Of a stretch of DNA of 64,000 nt, positions 9,676-19,602 are shown one piece after another. The stretch's first letter is position 1. Each line of letters opens with the position of its first letter. The notes beneath the pieces were generated by a model that worked only from the letters and a program-made list of their open reading frames with translations, searched no databases and was not told the DNA's origin. Position numbers and translations under genes: made by a program. The stretch lies in the IMG/VR virus record IMGVR_UViG_3300034117_001294, positions 62,001 through 126,000 of that record; one strand, written 5' to 3'.

Positions 9676-10541
9676 CTGTAGTAGGAATAAACGCTCTTAA
9701 CCACGATGCTAGTATTGCGGTTGTGGACAATGGTCAAATATTGCACCATGAACGATCCCTGTGTGGAGTTGACCTTTGTCCTGAACTAGTTGATCGTGCA
9801 TTATCATACGGAGCAGTAGATGCAATTGCTTGGTACGAAAGGCCTTGGCTGAAAAAGTCACGGCAGCTATACGCAGGGCAATACAGAGATGCAGTCAGCA
9901 TTGATCAGCTACCTCATTACTATCTAAAAAAATTTAACATACCTTCTGTTCCAATTTATTATGTGCCGCATCATTTAAGTCATGCAGCCAATGCAGTATA
10001 TGAAAGTAGATTAGCTGAGACTGCGGTCGTAGTAGCCGATGCAATTGGAGAGTGGGATACTGTGAGTATCTGGCATTATAAAGATCAAAAATTTAAAAAA
10101 GTATTTTCAAAAGGTTATCCTTATAGCCTTGGTTTGTTCTACTCAGCATTTACAGAGTTACTGGGATTTAAACCTGTCCAAGAAGAGAGCAAACTTACTA
10201 TGCTAGCAACATCTGGTGATTGGGAACCAAACTACTTAACAGTCTGCGGCTACCTAACAAAGAATCTGCATAAAGGAATCTGGGATTGGGAAGTAGCAGA
10301 AAAAGATCGTGCAGACGTAGCTGCCAGCGTACAACGTGTGTTCATGGAACAGATAAAAAATTGCTTTAAACTTGCCTCTTTTCACAGTAATTCTTGTGTT
10401 TTTACAGGCGGATGTGCCTATAATGTGCCTGCAAAAAGGCTTCTTTCATCTACATTTAAACACAGCTATGTTCCAAAAAATCCAGGCGATGCAGGGTCAA
10501 GCATGGGTGCTGCACTATACATATCGGATAAACTAAAATAA
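9672..10541 (+). CDS. carbamoyltransferase N-terminal (Kae1-like) domain, NodU/CmcH family
   Basis: NHDASIA, HHLSHAA, DAIGE, SLGLFY, GGCAYN, PGDAGSSMGAA. Confidence 0.85.
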   Translation: MTVVGINALNHDASIAVVDNGQILHHERSLCGVDLCPELVDRALSYGAVDAIAWYERPWLKKSRQLYAGQYRDAVSIDQLPHYYLKKFNIPSVPIYYVPHHLSHAANAVYESRLAETAVVVADAIGEWDTVSIWHYKDQKFKKVFSKGYPYSLGLFYSAFTELLGFKPVQEESKLTMLATSGDWEPNYLTVCGYLTKNLHKGIWDWEVAEKDRADVAASVQRVFMEQIKNCFKLASFHSNSCVFTGGCAYNVPAKRLLSSTFKHSYVPKNPGDAGSSMGAALYISDKLK

Positions 10542-10548
10542 ATACATC

Positions 10549-10833
10549 ATGAGAGCACACGAATTTATTAACGAAGACTGGAATAAAGTCAACAGAAAAG
10601 ATAAGACTGATGGTCTAAGCCAAAAGGCAGTAAATGCTTACCGAAGAGAGAATCCGGGTAGTAAGTTAAAGACAGCAGTAACTACTAAGCCTAGCAAATT
10701 AAAAGCAGGTAGCAAGGATGCTAAACGCCGTAAGAGTTTCTGTGCCCGTATGAGTGGCAATAAAGGTCCTATGAAAAAGCCTAACGGAAAACCTACACCA
10801 AAAGCATTAGCACTACGCCGATGGAATTGCTAA
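10549..10833 (+). CDS. small basic phage protein
   Basis: MRAHEFINE N-terminus; RRKSFCARM...ALRRWNC. Confidence 0.7.
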   Translation: MRAHEFINEDWNKVNRKDKTDGLSQKAVNAYRRENPGSKLKTAVTTKPSKLKAGSKDAKRRKSFCARMSGNKGPMKKPNGKPTPKALALRRWNC

Positions 10834-10836
10834 TTT

Positions 10837-11484
10837 ATGAAACCTACCGTTGCCCTGTTTTTGTATGATCCTAAATGTAGCGTACAGTCAGGCAATGGAG
10901 TTATACGATCATTACAGTCACATTATAACTTTAAAATATTCAGCATCAATCCCTTAGAAGATAACTTCTTTGATGATGTAGACATGATAGTTATTCCTGG
11001 CGGCTTTGGTGATGCTAGTACATTTGACCGTGCATTTAAATATACTAAAGATAGAGTTAAAACATTTGTAAGCGGTGGTGGTAAGTATTTAGGTATATGC
11101 ATGGGTGCGTATTGGGCCGGCCAACACTATTTTGATATACTGGACAGCGTTGATGCTGTTCAATACTCAACGCAACCCAATACAGATACACGCAGACCAC
11201 ACGCTAAAAATATCAGTATAACTTGGAAAAACCAGCCAATGAATATGTTTTGGTATGATGGTTGTGCTTTAGTAGGTAACTCTGCTAAGTTTAACACCAT
11301 TGCCACATATGCAAACGGAGACGCTATGGCTATTATACAAAACAATATCGGTGTAATAGGTTGCCATCCAGAAAGTGAAAACTATTGGTACGATAGCTAC
11401 TCATGGATGGCGGGCAAGTATCACAATGGACAACATCACCGTCTGCTTTTAGACTTTGCTAACCAACTAAATACTGGATGTTGA
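10837..11484 (+). CDS. class I glutamine amidotransferase-like (BPL_N-type) protein
   Basis: IPGG, YLGICMGAY nucleophile elbow, HPE. Confidence 0.8.
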   Translation: MKPTVALFLYDPKCSVQSGNGVIRSLQSHYNFKIFSINPLEDNFFDDVDMIVIPGGFGDASTFDRAFKYTKDRVKTFVSGGGKYLGICMGAYWAGQHYFDILDSVDAVQYSTQPNTDTRRPHAKNISITWKNQPMNMFWYDGCALVGNSAKFNTIATYANGDAMAIIQNNIGVIGCHPESENYWYDSYSWMAGKYHNGQHHRLLLDFANQLNTGC

Positions 11485-13532
11485 AAAAAATCCTAACAAG
11501 TCCATGGACAGCATTGCTGACATTGGCACTTATTTTAAGTATAAGAATTGCTGATCCTGTCTTTGTAGAAAGTATAAGACTACGCTATTTTGATACGCTG
11601 ATTACATCTAAAGAAACTACTGTTAACAACATTGTTACAGTAAACATTGATGAAGGGAGCTTAGACAAATATGGACAATGGCCGTTACCTCGTGTTGAGT
11701 ATTCCCGACTTATACGAGATTTATATCAGAGGGGAGCGGGCCTTGTGGTACTTAACGTACTCATGCCAGAAACAGATCGTACAGGTGGTGACAGTCAACT
11801 GGGTAAAGCTCTAAAAGAATACCCAGTTGTATTAGGCAGCATTCCTGCACAGAAAACAAAGAACGAACCACGCAATCCCGGTTCGGCAGTATTAGGTCCT
11901 GAGTACTTGGATCAAATTATACAGTATCCGGGTTTGATTGCCAACGTACCTGTGTTAGAGAACGCAGCAGCAGGTGTTGGTATCGTAAACACACTGCCAG
12001 AAGTAGATGGTGTTAATCGCAGATTGCCGTTAATTGTCACAGTTGACGGTAAGTTATATCCTAGTCTAGCTATGGAAACACTCCGCGTAGCGGCAGGCGA
12101 TTCAACATTCCAAGTCAAGCTATTTGAAGGTGGAGTTGAGAAGATGCGTATACCTAAGTTTGGTCCTGTAGCAACAGATAACTTAGGTCGCATATGGATT
12201 GATTGGAGTCAGGCAAGTCACAGCGTTAGTGCAGTAAACCTGCCAAAAGATCTAGCAGGTGCTATTGTTATCGTAGGCCCAACAGCCGCAGGTATTGCTA
12301 ATCCATTACCCACTAGTAAGGGTGCAGTATTTCCACACGAAGTACAGGCCGCAGTAATAGGCACAATGATGAACAATGTAACTATCCAGCGTCCGGATTA
12401 CGCAGATGGTGTGGAAATTATTGTACTGTTAGCAGCAGGCGTACTATTATTATTTTTAACAAGGTGGGTATATGTTGGACTTGGAACAGTGGTTGCTCTT
12501 TCTATGGGTGGTGTTGCTGTCAGCATGTATGCTTATAGCCAGTATCTTTATCTGTTTGATGCTACTGCTTTTGTCAGTGGCATATTGCTTGTGGCATTAC
12601 ATGCATACGGAGTTAAATTCGTAAGCGAGTTTTTACAGAAGCAGGCAATCAAGAAACAGTTTGCAGGTTACGCTAGTCCTACAGTGGTTAGATTACTGCA
12701 AGAAAATCCAGACCTTATTAAGAAGGGTGTTAAGAAAGAAGTCAGCATACTGTTTTCAGACTTACGTGGCTTTACACCCCTAGGTGAAAGCTTTGGTGAT
12801 GATGTTGCGGGGCTTACACGTATAATGAACGGCTACATGGACGCTATTACGCAACCTGTATTAGATGCAGACGGAATGATTATCAAGTACATCGGTGATG
12901 CCAGTATGCACATACACAATGCACCCATTGAAGATCTTAATCACCCGTCAACAGCAGTTCGCACAGGATTAAAGATGCTTAGAGCTGTAGATACTTTTAA
13001 CCGAGACGTGATTGTTCCGCAAGGCAGACCACCAGTTGGTATGGGTGCAGGCATTAATACAGGATTGGGCTACATCGGTGAGATGGGCAGTACAGCTCGA
13101 CACAGTTACGATGTACTAGGCGATGCCGTTAGCACAGCCGCACGTATCGAAAGCAAGTGTAAAGAATACGGTTGCCTGTTATTAGTAGGTGGAGCAACCG
13201 TTCAACGATGTGCTGACGAGTTCTTCTTCCTTAAGATTGACGACCTAGCAGTTAAAGGTAAGAGTGTAGGAGTTGCTATCTATACAGTACTTGACCCTGA
13301 CGTAACTGTTGCCGCAGAATATTTGTTAGCACAAGAAACTCATAATGAAATGCACTCATGTTATAGACAGCAGAAATGGGACGATGCCATTACACTGTGT
13401 GAAGAACTGAAAGATGAGTTCGACGGGCAAATGAAAAAATACTACAGCATGTGGATAGAACGCTGTGAGTTTCAAAAGACTCAAATACTTCCAGCCGACT
13501 GGAATGGCGTATTCATAGCCACAAGCAAGTAA
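11478..13532 (+). CDS. CHASE2-domain class III adenylate/guanylate cyclase
   Basis: IDEGSL..YGQWPLPR CHASE2 motif, TM helices, FSDLRGFT, KYIGDA, GDAVSTAARIES. Confidence 0.92.
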   Translation: MLKKILTSPWTALLTLALILSIRIADPVFVESIRLRYFDTLITSKETTVNNIVTVNIDEGSLDKYGQWPLPRVEYSRLIRDLYQRGAGLVVLNVLMPETDRTGGDSQLGKALKEYPVVLGSIPAQKTKNEPRNPGSAVLGPEYLDQIIQYPGLIANVPVLENAAAGVGIVNTLPEVDGVNRRLPLIVTVDGKLYPSLAMETLRVAAGDSTFQVKLFEGGVEKMRIPKFGPVATDNLGRIWIDWSQASHSVSAVNLPKDLAGAIVIVGPTAAGIANPLPTSKGAVFPHEVQAAVIGTMMNNVTIQRPDYADGVEIIVLLAAGVLLLFLTRWVYVGLGTVVALSMGGVAVSMYAYSQYLYLFDATAFVSGILLVALHAYGVKFVSEFLQKQAIKKQFAGYASPTVVRLLQENPDLIKKGVKKEVSILFSDLRGFTPLGESFGDDVAGLTRIMNGYMDAITQPVLDADGMIIKYIGDASMHIHNAPIEDLNHPSTAVRTGLKMLRAVDTFNRDVIVPQGRPPVGMGAGINTGLGYIGEMGSTARHSYDVLGDAVSTAARIESKCKEYGCLLLVGGATVQRCADEFFFLKIDDLAVKGKSVGVAIYTVLDPDVTVAAEYLLAQETHNEMHSCYRQQKWDDAITLCEELKDEFDGQMKKYYSMWIERCEFQKTQILPADWNGVFIATSK

Positions 13533-13539
13533 TATCTGC

Positions 13540-14000
13540 AGGCCTACTATCCAAAATAGATCGCCATTTCGGTCGCAATCATTTTGGATAGCCTGTATAA
13601 TGTAAGTTACACACTTACATTCACACTCCCATTATTCGCAACTTAAGGTGAAACAGCACCGGTAATTTTCTGTTGGTCAAGGTTCTGACGTGTGACCCAA
13701 TGACCTAGCCTCATTGCGAGGGCGATTTCAATCCACTACCCGAGAGGATGCTTAAACGTCTGCCCACTGGCACGAAACGTTTGGATTGTCATAATAGTTG
13801 AAAAGATTTTCTATACTCTCATAGGAACAGTGACACCGCAGTTTCTTTAAAAGTCGTAGTAGGTTGGGTAAGGTACAGAGCCCAGAAGAGTGAAGATCAA
13901 ATACCTACTGTCAAGTGTGTGCAGAGCAACTCAGCAAACATCATAAGATCACCCTCCGTAGAGGGTGTCGTATGGCTTCACAATCTAGCAAAACTTTCTC
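13540..14000 (+). ncRNA. candidate large structured ncRNA
   Basis: ~460 nt without a credible ORF, packed with hairpins; strand not certain. Confidence 0.55.
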
Positions 14001-14003
14001 AAA

Positions 14004-14339
14004 TCAACTTTCACCTGATGTAGCTGACTTAGTATCTTCGTTACCCTCGCTTTTAGAGCGGTCTATTTTATTAATTGCTTTCTCTGCTTCTACACGTTCA
14101 AACTCAATTGTCTTACCACGTAGATGTAACACTGTATTAACTTTTTGGTTAAGTCTGATAAGGTCATTATCCAACATACGTATACGATCAATTAGTGCAA
14201 TCAAAACTGTGTTAGCATCGCTAATAACTGGTTTCACTTCCTTAGTAGCCCATTCCCACACATACTTGATAATGAATCCCATGCCTACTGCCATAACAAT
14301 AGGGAATCCGTACTTGTTAACTAATTCAACGACATCCAT
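14004..14339 (-). CDS. small membrane protein (paralog of 14663-14944)
   Basis: N-terminal TM (YGFPIVMAVGMG), LIDRIRMLDNDLIRL; start at ATG 14339. Confidence 0.7.
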   Translation of the reverse strand: MDVVELVNKYGFPIVMAVGMGFIIKYVWEWATKEVKPVISDANTVLIALIDRIRMLDNDLIRLNQKVNTVLHLRGKTIEFERVEAEKAINKIDRSKSEGNEDTKSATSGES

Positions 14340-14485
14340 TATAATATTACTCCTAGAATGAATCCTACTACTAATCCGAACATGCCGGCTCTCCACATGT
14401 CGCTATCGTGCCAAATTGGTTGGCTTTTTAAATAAATTTTGGTTGATTGGGGTAAACTGTCCCACCATGCTTCATACTTGCTCAT
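14339..14485 (-). CDS. small membrane protein (48 aa)
   Basis: MSKYEAWWDSL...GLVVGFILGVIL; fills the gap with coupled stop/start. Confidence 0.55.
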   Translation of the reverse strand: MSKYEAWWDSLPQSTKIYLKSQPIWHDSDMWRAGMFGLVVGFILGVIL

Positions 14486-14663
14486 ACTGTTTACTCCTTA
14501 TGAATTTTTCAAGAGGATCTATTTTGACTAGCATTTGCTTACCGTCGACATTGATAAACTTAAACATGTCGCCTGCTCGCCATCCTAATCTATCTGTATT
14601 AAGTTCTTCATCTAAAACAATCTTGTCTGGATGTAGATCCCAACGATAATCAATGTGCAACAT
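14472..14663 (-). CDS. hypothetical protein
   Basis: coupled ORF within the operon. Confidence 0.6.
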   Translation of the reverse strand: MLHIDYRWDLHPDKIVLDEELNTDRLGWRAGDMFKFINVDGKQMLVKIDPLEKFIRSKQYEQV

Positions 14664-14944
14664 TAATCTCTCCTTGCATCGTTTTTGCCGTCTGCACGAG
14701 CAATACGATCTGCATCAGGACGCAGACCTAGAGCATTGGATACAATTGTATCGATACGTATAACATCGTGATTCATAGTTTTTACACGATTGTCCAGTGC
14801 TGTGATAATACCAGCCATTCCTTTTATTGACCCAAGAACGCCCTGCAACAACAGCTTGATAGTTAAGTACACAAAGTACCCGCCTGCAAGTGCTGCCGCA
14901 ACTGGCATACCGAGGTCGCCGATAATTTTAAAAATATCGCCCAT
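14663..14944 (-). CDS. small membrane protein
   Basis: TM segment, ALDNRVKTMNHDVIRID; GGAG SD. Confidence 0.7.
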   Translation of the reverse strand: MGDIFKIIGDLGMPVAAALAGGYFVYLTIKLLLQGVLGSIKGMAGIITALDNRVKTMNHDVIRIDTIVSNALGLRPDADRIARADGKNDARRD

Positions 14945-15020
14945 TTTTGCTCCTAGTCCTAAGTTGTGGTGTAATCGTATTTACTAGGTATATAATTTTT
15001 AAAACCTGGTACTTAATAAC

Positions 15021-15095
15021 CTATTAGCGTTATAGGAACAATCAATGGAAAACCATGAGATTTTAGTTGATTTCTATTGTAAATATATGTACAAT
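15021..15095 (+). promoter_or_regulatory. partial OxyR-type box and sigma70 promoter for ahpC
   Basis: CTAT-N7-ATAG-N7-CAAT at 15021-15046; TTGATT-17-TACAAT at 15067-15095. Confidence 0.5.
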
Positions 15096-15152
15096 AACTG
15101 TACAGTACATAAGATGTACAGAAATTTTTTCATTTAACACACAGGAGATATT

Positions 15153-15692
15153 ATGAAAACAGTCGGTGACAAATTAGCCCCATTCGCAGTAACAGGCGTA
15201 AAGTTTGGACAACCAGAAGATGCATTCTTCGAAATTACAGAGAAGTCATTTCCAGGCAAGTGGAAAGTAATCGTTTACTATCCAAAAGACTTTACATTTG
15301 TTTGTCCTACAGAAATTGTAGCCTACGACAAACTAGCCGCAGATTTTGATGACCGTGACGCAGTATTGCTCACAGGGTCAACAGACAATGAGTTCTGTAA
15401 AGTCAGCTGGCAAAATGCTCACGCTGATCTAAAGAACATTCGTCATAATCAATTCGCAGACACACAGCGTGGTGAGTTGAGTTTGATTGAGCAGTTGGGC
15501 GTATTCTATGCACCTGCAGGTGCCGCACTTCGTGCAACATTCATTGTTGACCCCAACAACGAGATCCAACACGTAACTGTGAACAACTTGAACGTTGGTC
15601 GCAACCCAGAAGAAACACTTCGTGTTCTTGATGCGTTACAAACAGGCGAGCTATGTGCTTGTAACCGTACAGTTGGTGGCGAGACTCTATAA
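15153..15692 (+). CDS. ahpC: peroxiredoxin AhpC
   Basis: YPKDFTFVCPTE, GRNPEE.LR.LDALQ, ELCACN. Confidence 0.95.
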   Translation: MKTVGDKLAPFAVTGVKFGQPEDAFFEITEKSFPGKWKVIVYYPKDFTFVCPTEIVAYDKLAADFDDRDAVLLTGSTDNEFCKVSWQNAHADLKNIRHNQFADTQRGELSLIEQLGVFYAPAGAALRATFIVDPNNEIQHVTVNNLNVGRNPEETLRVLDALQTGELCACNRTVGGETL

Positions 15693-16087
15693 TGTTAGAA
15701 TGCCTTATCTTAGGCGATAGTATTGCTCAAGGCATTAGCACAGTTCGTAAAGAATGTGTTGCTTATGTTAAGAGCGGTATTAACAGCTACAACTGGAACA
15801 ATAGAAATATTGTCAAAGATTTATCTGCCAATACTGTGATTATCAGTCTCGGAACTAATGATCCTGATACTATAAACTCTTTTAAAGAATTGTTGTTACT
15901 GAGGCAACAAATCTATGCAAAAAAAGTCATGTGGGTAATGCCGCCTATTAAACCAGCGGTGCAGGATATTGTTAGAATCATTGCTAACAGTTTTGGTGAT
16001 ACTATTTTGACAATCCCAGAGTTATCGAAAGATAAGGTACATCCTACATATAATGGATATAAACAATTAGCGGAGATGACAAAATGA
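15692..16087 (+). CDS. SGNH/GDSL hydrolase-like protein
   Basis: GDSI, SLGTND, DKVHP. Confidence 0.8.
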   Translation: MLECLILGDSIAQGISTVRKECVAYVKSGINSYNWNNRNIVKDLSANTVIISLGTNDPDTINSFKELLLLRQQIYAKKVMWVMPPIKPAVQDIVRIIANSFGDTILTIPELSKDKVHPTYNGYKQLAEMTK

Positions 16088-16590
16088 GTTTTATTGAATC
16101 AGTAAAAGGTGCGTTGCCAGACTATGCAAAGGACACCAAGTTAAATCTTGATGCTGTTCTACTGCGTAGCACACTGGATGCAGATGTAGCCTTAGGGTGT
16201 GCTGTGGCTGCATTGGCTGCAACTGGCAACGGTAAAGTACTTAGCATCCTGTTAGCAGATGCCCCAGTACATGCAGAGTCAGCAATGACTGCGGCCAGTA
16301 TCATGGCACAGAACAATGTATGGTATCCATATGTTGAGATGGCAGATGATCCTGCCCTAAAAGGCCTGCCAGCACAGTTACGCATGAACGCCATTGCGTC
16401 ACACGGCGGAACTACCAAATCAAACTTTGAAGCGTTTAGTCTTGCAGCCAGTATTGTTGGAAAATGCCACTTCTGTGTAAAAGCACATTACGAAACATTA
16501 AAGACTGAAGGCTATACAGTGGAACAACTTCGTGACATTGGCCGAATCGCTTCTGTTATGAACTCAGTAGCAAAAGTTTTAAATAGCTGA
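16084..16590 (+). CDS. ahpD: alkylhydroperoxidase AhpD
   Basis: LPDYAKDTKLNL, MAQNNVWY, CHFCVKAH. Confidence 0.92.
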   Translation: MSFIESVKGALPDYAKDTKLNLDAVLLRSTLDADVALGCAVAALAATGNGKVLSILLADAPVHAESAMTAASIMAQNNVWYPYVEMADDPALKGLPAQLRMNAIASHGGTTKSNFEAFSLAASIVGKCHFCVKAHYETLKTEGYTVEQLRDIGRIASVMNSVAKVLNS

Positions 16591-17099
16591 TGCGAGTTGT
16601 AATCACAGGACACACAGGCGGGCTCGGGCTCGCCTTTTTCAATTACTTAACACAATCAGGTCACGAGGTTGTGGGTGTGTCTAGATCAAATGGTTATACA
16701 CTGCCTGAAAAGTTTGAAGAAGTTGTCAACTTAGCAGAGACTGCTGATCTGTTCATTAACAATTTACACCTTCACACTATACAATATGAATTTTTAAAAC
16801 GTTTATATAATAAGACTTCTATTATAACTTGCGGATCTATGGCTGCTGACTACCCTAATCCAGACATTATTCGTTATGCTACTGCAAAAAAACTTATTGA
16901 AATTGAACATAAGAAATTAAAAAAGGAATCTCAATTTCCAATGTTGTTGCTGAAAATGGGATTCCTTGAAAACTGGACACAGTATGATTCAATTCCGTAT
17001 CAACAGATTATAAATGCTGTTGACTTTTGGATTAAGAATCCTCGTGCAAGTTTAATAGAGTTTGATAATGTTAACTACAATAACGGCTTTACCAAATAA
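16590..17099 (+). CDS. short SDR/Rossmann-fold protein
   Basis: VITGHTGGLG, YxxxK. Confidence 0.65.
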   Translation: MRVVITGHTGGLGLAFFNYLTQSGHEVVGVSRSNGYTLPEKFEEVVNLAETADLFINNLHLHTIQYEFLKRLYNKTSIITCGSMAADYPNPDIIRYATAKKLIEIEHKKLKKESQFPMLLLKMGFLENWTQYDSIPYQQIINAVDFWIKNPRASLIEFDNVNYNNGFTK

Positions 17100-18027
17100 A
17101 GTTTTTAGTATAATACTTAACGATACTTTTCAACTCTGAATCAAACTTAGCAACTGGTTTCCAGCCAAGGTGTTGTAATTTAGCATCGTCAATTGCATAT
17201 CGTACATCTTGACCTGGGCGTTTTTCTGTAGTGTCTAGATACTGATCTGGATCTCCCTTTAGGCCCATTGCTTTAATAATCTTCCTGGCAACTACAATAT
17301 TTTGTTCTTCGTAGTTTCCACTAATGTTATATACTTCGTTTACAACGCCTACTTCTATAATTTTAATAACTGCGGCTGCTGTATCACTGGCATGTAACCA
17401 TGTACGTCTTGGTGTGCCGTTATCGTGCAATGTTGCCTTTTTACCTAAACTCAAATATTTTATAGTGTGAGGAATAAACTTCTCAGTATATTGTCCAATA
17501 CCGTAATTGTTAGTAGGACGAACAATTACATAAGATATACCGTAGGTACGTGCCCAAGCTGTAATTAACATGTCAGCCGATGCCTTTGTAGCAGAATACG
17601 GGTTGCTAGGCTTTAATAGATCTTCTTCTGTATGGAATCCTTTTTCAATATCTCCATAAACTTCATCTGTAGAAAAATGTAAGAATATAGGCTGTTTTCT
17701 AGCAGCCTTTATTTTTTCTAAAATATGATGAACTCCGTTAATGTTACTTTCTAAAAATACTTTGCTACTGGTAATACTGTTATCTACATGAGTCTCGGCA
17801 GCGGTATTAATGAAATAATCACACTCATACAATTTGTCTATTTCATTTATATCTTTGTTTTCAAATATAAATCTTTTATATTTTTTTAAGTCGTCTAGCA
17901 AATTCCAATTGGCTGCATAGGTGCCTTTGTCAATGCCACGAACGTGCCATCCTCGTTCTAAACAGGCCAGTGTTACATGATAACCTATAAAACCTAAACA
18001 CCCTGTTACATATACTGTTTTAATCAT
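17089..18027 (-). CDS. dTDP-glucose 4,6-dehydratase-like
   Basis: TGCLGFIG, AAETHVDNS, STDEVYG, PYSATK; start at ATG 18027. Confidence 0.88.
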   Translation of the reverse strand: MIKTVYVTGCLGFIGYHVTLACLERGWHVRGIDKGTYAANWNLLDDLKKYKRFIFENKDINEIDKLYECDYFINTAAETHVDNSITSSKVFLESNINGVHHILEKIKAARKQPIFLHFSTDEVYGDIEKGFHTEEDLLKPSNPYSATKASADMLITAWARTYGISYVIVRPTNNYGIGQYTEKFIPHTIKYLSLGKKATLHDNGTPRRTWLHASDTAAAVIKIIEVGVVNEVYNISGNYEEQNIVVARKIIKAMGLKGDPDQYLDTTEKRPGQDVRYAIDDAKLQHLGWKPVAKFDSELKSIVKYYTKNFIW

Positions 18028-18028
18028 T

Positions 18029-18970
18029 TTAATTCCTTGATAACCATTCTGGATTGGCCAAGTACCAATCAATTGTTTGTTTTAGTCTATCCTCTAAACT
18101 CGAAGGTTCTACCCAACCTCTATCATATAACTTCCAGGGATCTACTGAAAAGCATAAATCGTGTCCAGGCCGATCGACTGGCACATATTCTAAACTAATT
18201 TCTTTGTTCATTAGCTTGGCAATAATCTGAGCAAGGTCTGCGTTATTAACAAACTTCCTACCTGCACTATTCCATTTTTCACAAATGTCTTTTTGATTAT
18301 CTAAAATGAATCTAGTATGTAATGCAACATCTTCTGCATGAAACCATCTACGTCCGCCTATTGCTTTGCTAGGACCTACATGAATAGATAAAGGTTCTCC
18401 CTTTAAAATTTTAGACATAGCAATAACTGGAAATCTATTAGACTGGCACATTGGACCGAATGTGTTATTGATATGAATAATACTTACCGGAAGCCCAAAT
18501 GATTTACTATAAGAAACACATAATTCTTCGCCTGCTGCTTTACTTGCGGCGTAAGGACTGTTAGAATTGTATGCATCGTTTTCATAACTATCTTGCCCGA
18601 TTGGAATAGGACCAAACACTTCGCCGGAACTGTAGTAAACAAACTTTTCTACTTTTGATTTTCGAGCAAACTCTAATAAGTTTACAGTACCAATAACATT
18701 ATCTGTTACAGCACCCACCGGGTCGTTGATACTGTCGGCTGCACTAGGATTAGCACCTGCGTGTAGTATAATATCAATGTCGTGTATATTTGGTAATGGT
18801 TCTCTAATGTTATGGTTAACAAATTCAACCATACTGTATACGTCTAACAAACGATCTAAATTTTTAGATCCCGGACGAACAAGACACACCACCTTGTGAT
18901 CTTTTAAAAACTCTTTAACTAAATTGTGGCCTATAAATCCTGTGCCGCCTGTAATTAAAACTTTTTTCAT
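18029..18970 (-). CDS. NAD-dependent nucleotide-sugar epimerase/dehydratase
   Basis: TGGTGFIG, SSGEVFG, YAASK. Confidence 0.88.
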   Translation of the reverse strand: MKKVLITGGTGFIGHNLVKEFLKDHKVVCLVRPGSKNLDRLLDVYSMVEFVNHNIREPLPNIHDIDIILHAGANPSAADSINDPVGAVTDNVIGTVNLLEFARKSKVEKFVYYSSGEVFGPIPIGQDSYENDAYNSNSPYAASKAAGEELCVSYSKSFGLPVSIIHINNTFGPMCQSNRFPVIAMSKILKGEPLSIHVGPSKAIGGRRWFHAEDVALHTRFILDNQKDICEKWNSAGRKFVNNADLAQIIAKLMNKEISLEYVPVDRPGHDLCFSVDPWKLYDRGWVEPSSLEDRLKQTIDWYLANPEWLSRN

Positions 18971-19602
18971 TTTGCTACATAAACTCTATCAGACCAGTAC
19001 TCGGTTACAAACTCATAATTCCAACGAGCTAGATATGTTTCGATCATTTCAAGCGTTACACCGTATCGATGAGCCCATTCCTCCCACCATTCGATACAAA
19101 TAACAGGTCTAAACTTTTCAATAGTTTGTTCTGCACCTAGTAGCCCAAAATACTCAAATCCTTCAGTATCTAAATGGATAGCATCGCAAGCATCTAATCC
19201 CAAGTCGTCAATGCGTAAAGTAGGTAAGATTCCCGATCCCGATACATGTGTAGCACCTACATCAGTTGCCCAATGTCCTAGTCCGTGTAATCCTCGTTCA
19301 TTTCCTAAACAGGCTTGAAACTTTACTACATTAGAGGTATCTGCATTTAGCGTGAGAGATAAAAAATTTAAAGGATCTGGTTCAAAAGTATAGACACGAT
19401 CAAACATTTCTCCGTACTTTTTAACATAGAACCCTACATTGCCGCCTGCCTGTACAAGAACGCCTTTGTTTGGAACATGTGTAGCAAACTTTTCAGGTAC
19501 ATCCGGATGGCTATGCATAAAGTCCCAACAACCTTGATCGTGATTGGGCCACCAGTATTCTCCACGCTCGCCTATTAAATTTGTTAAATTTGTTTTACTC
19601 AT
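18967..19602 (-). CDS. FkbM-family methyltransferase
   Basis: QAGGNVG, FEPD, LDTEGFE. Confidence 0.8.
   Translation of the reverse strand: MSKTNLTNLIGERGEYWWPNHDQGCWDFMHSHPDVPEKFATHVPNKGVLVQAGGNVGFYVKKYGEMFDRVYTFEPDPLNFLSLTLNADTSNVVKFQACLGNERGLHGLGHWATDVGATHVSGSGILPTLRIDDLGLDACDAIHLDTEGFEYFGLLGAEQTIEKFRPVICIEWWEEWAHRYGVTLEMIETYLARWNYEFVTEYWSDRVYVAK

Noticed and set aside
13915-14987. Plus-strand ORFs 13915, 14416 and 14790
   Set aside because: Antisense to a coupled minus-strand operon of membrane proteins
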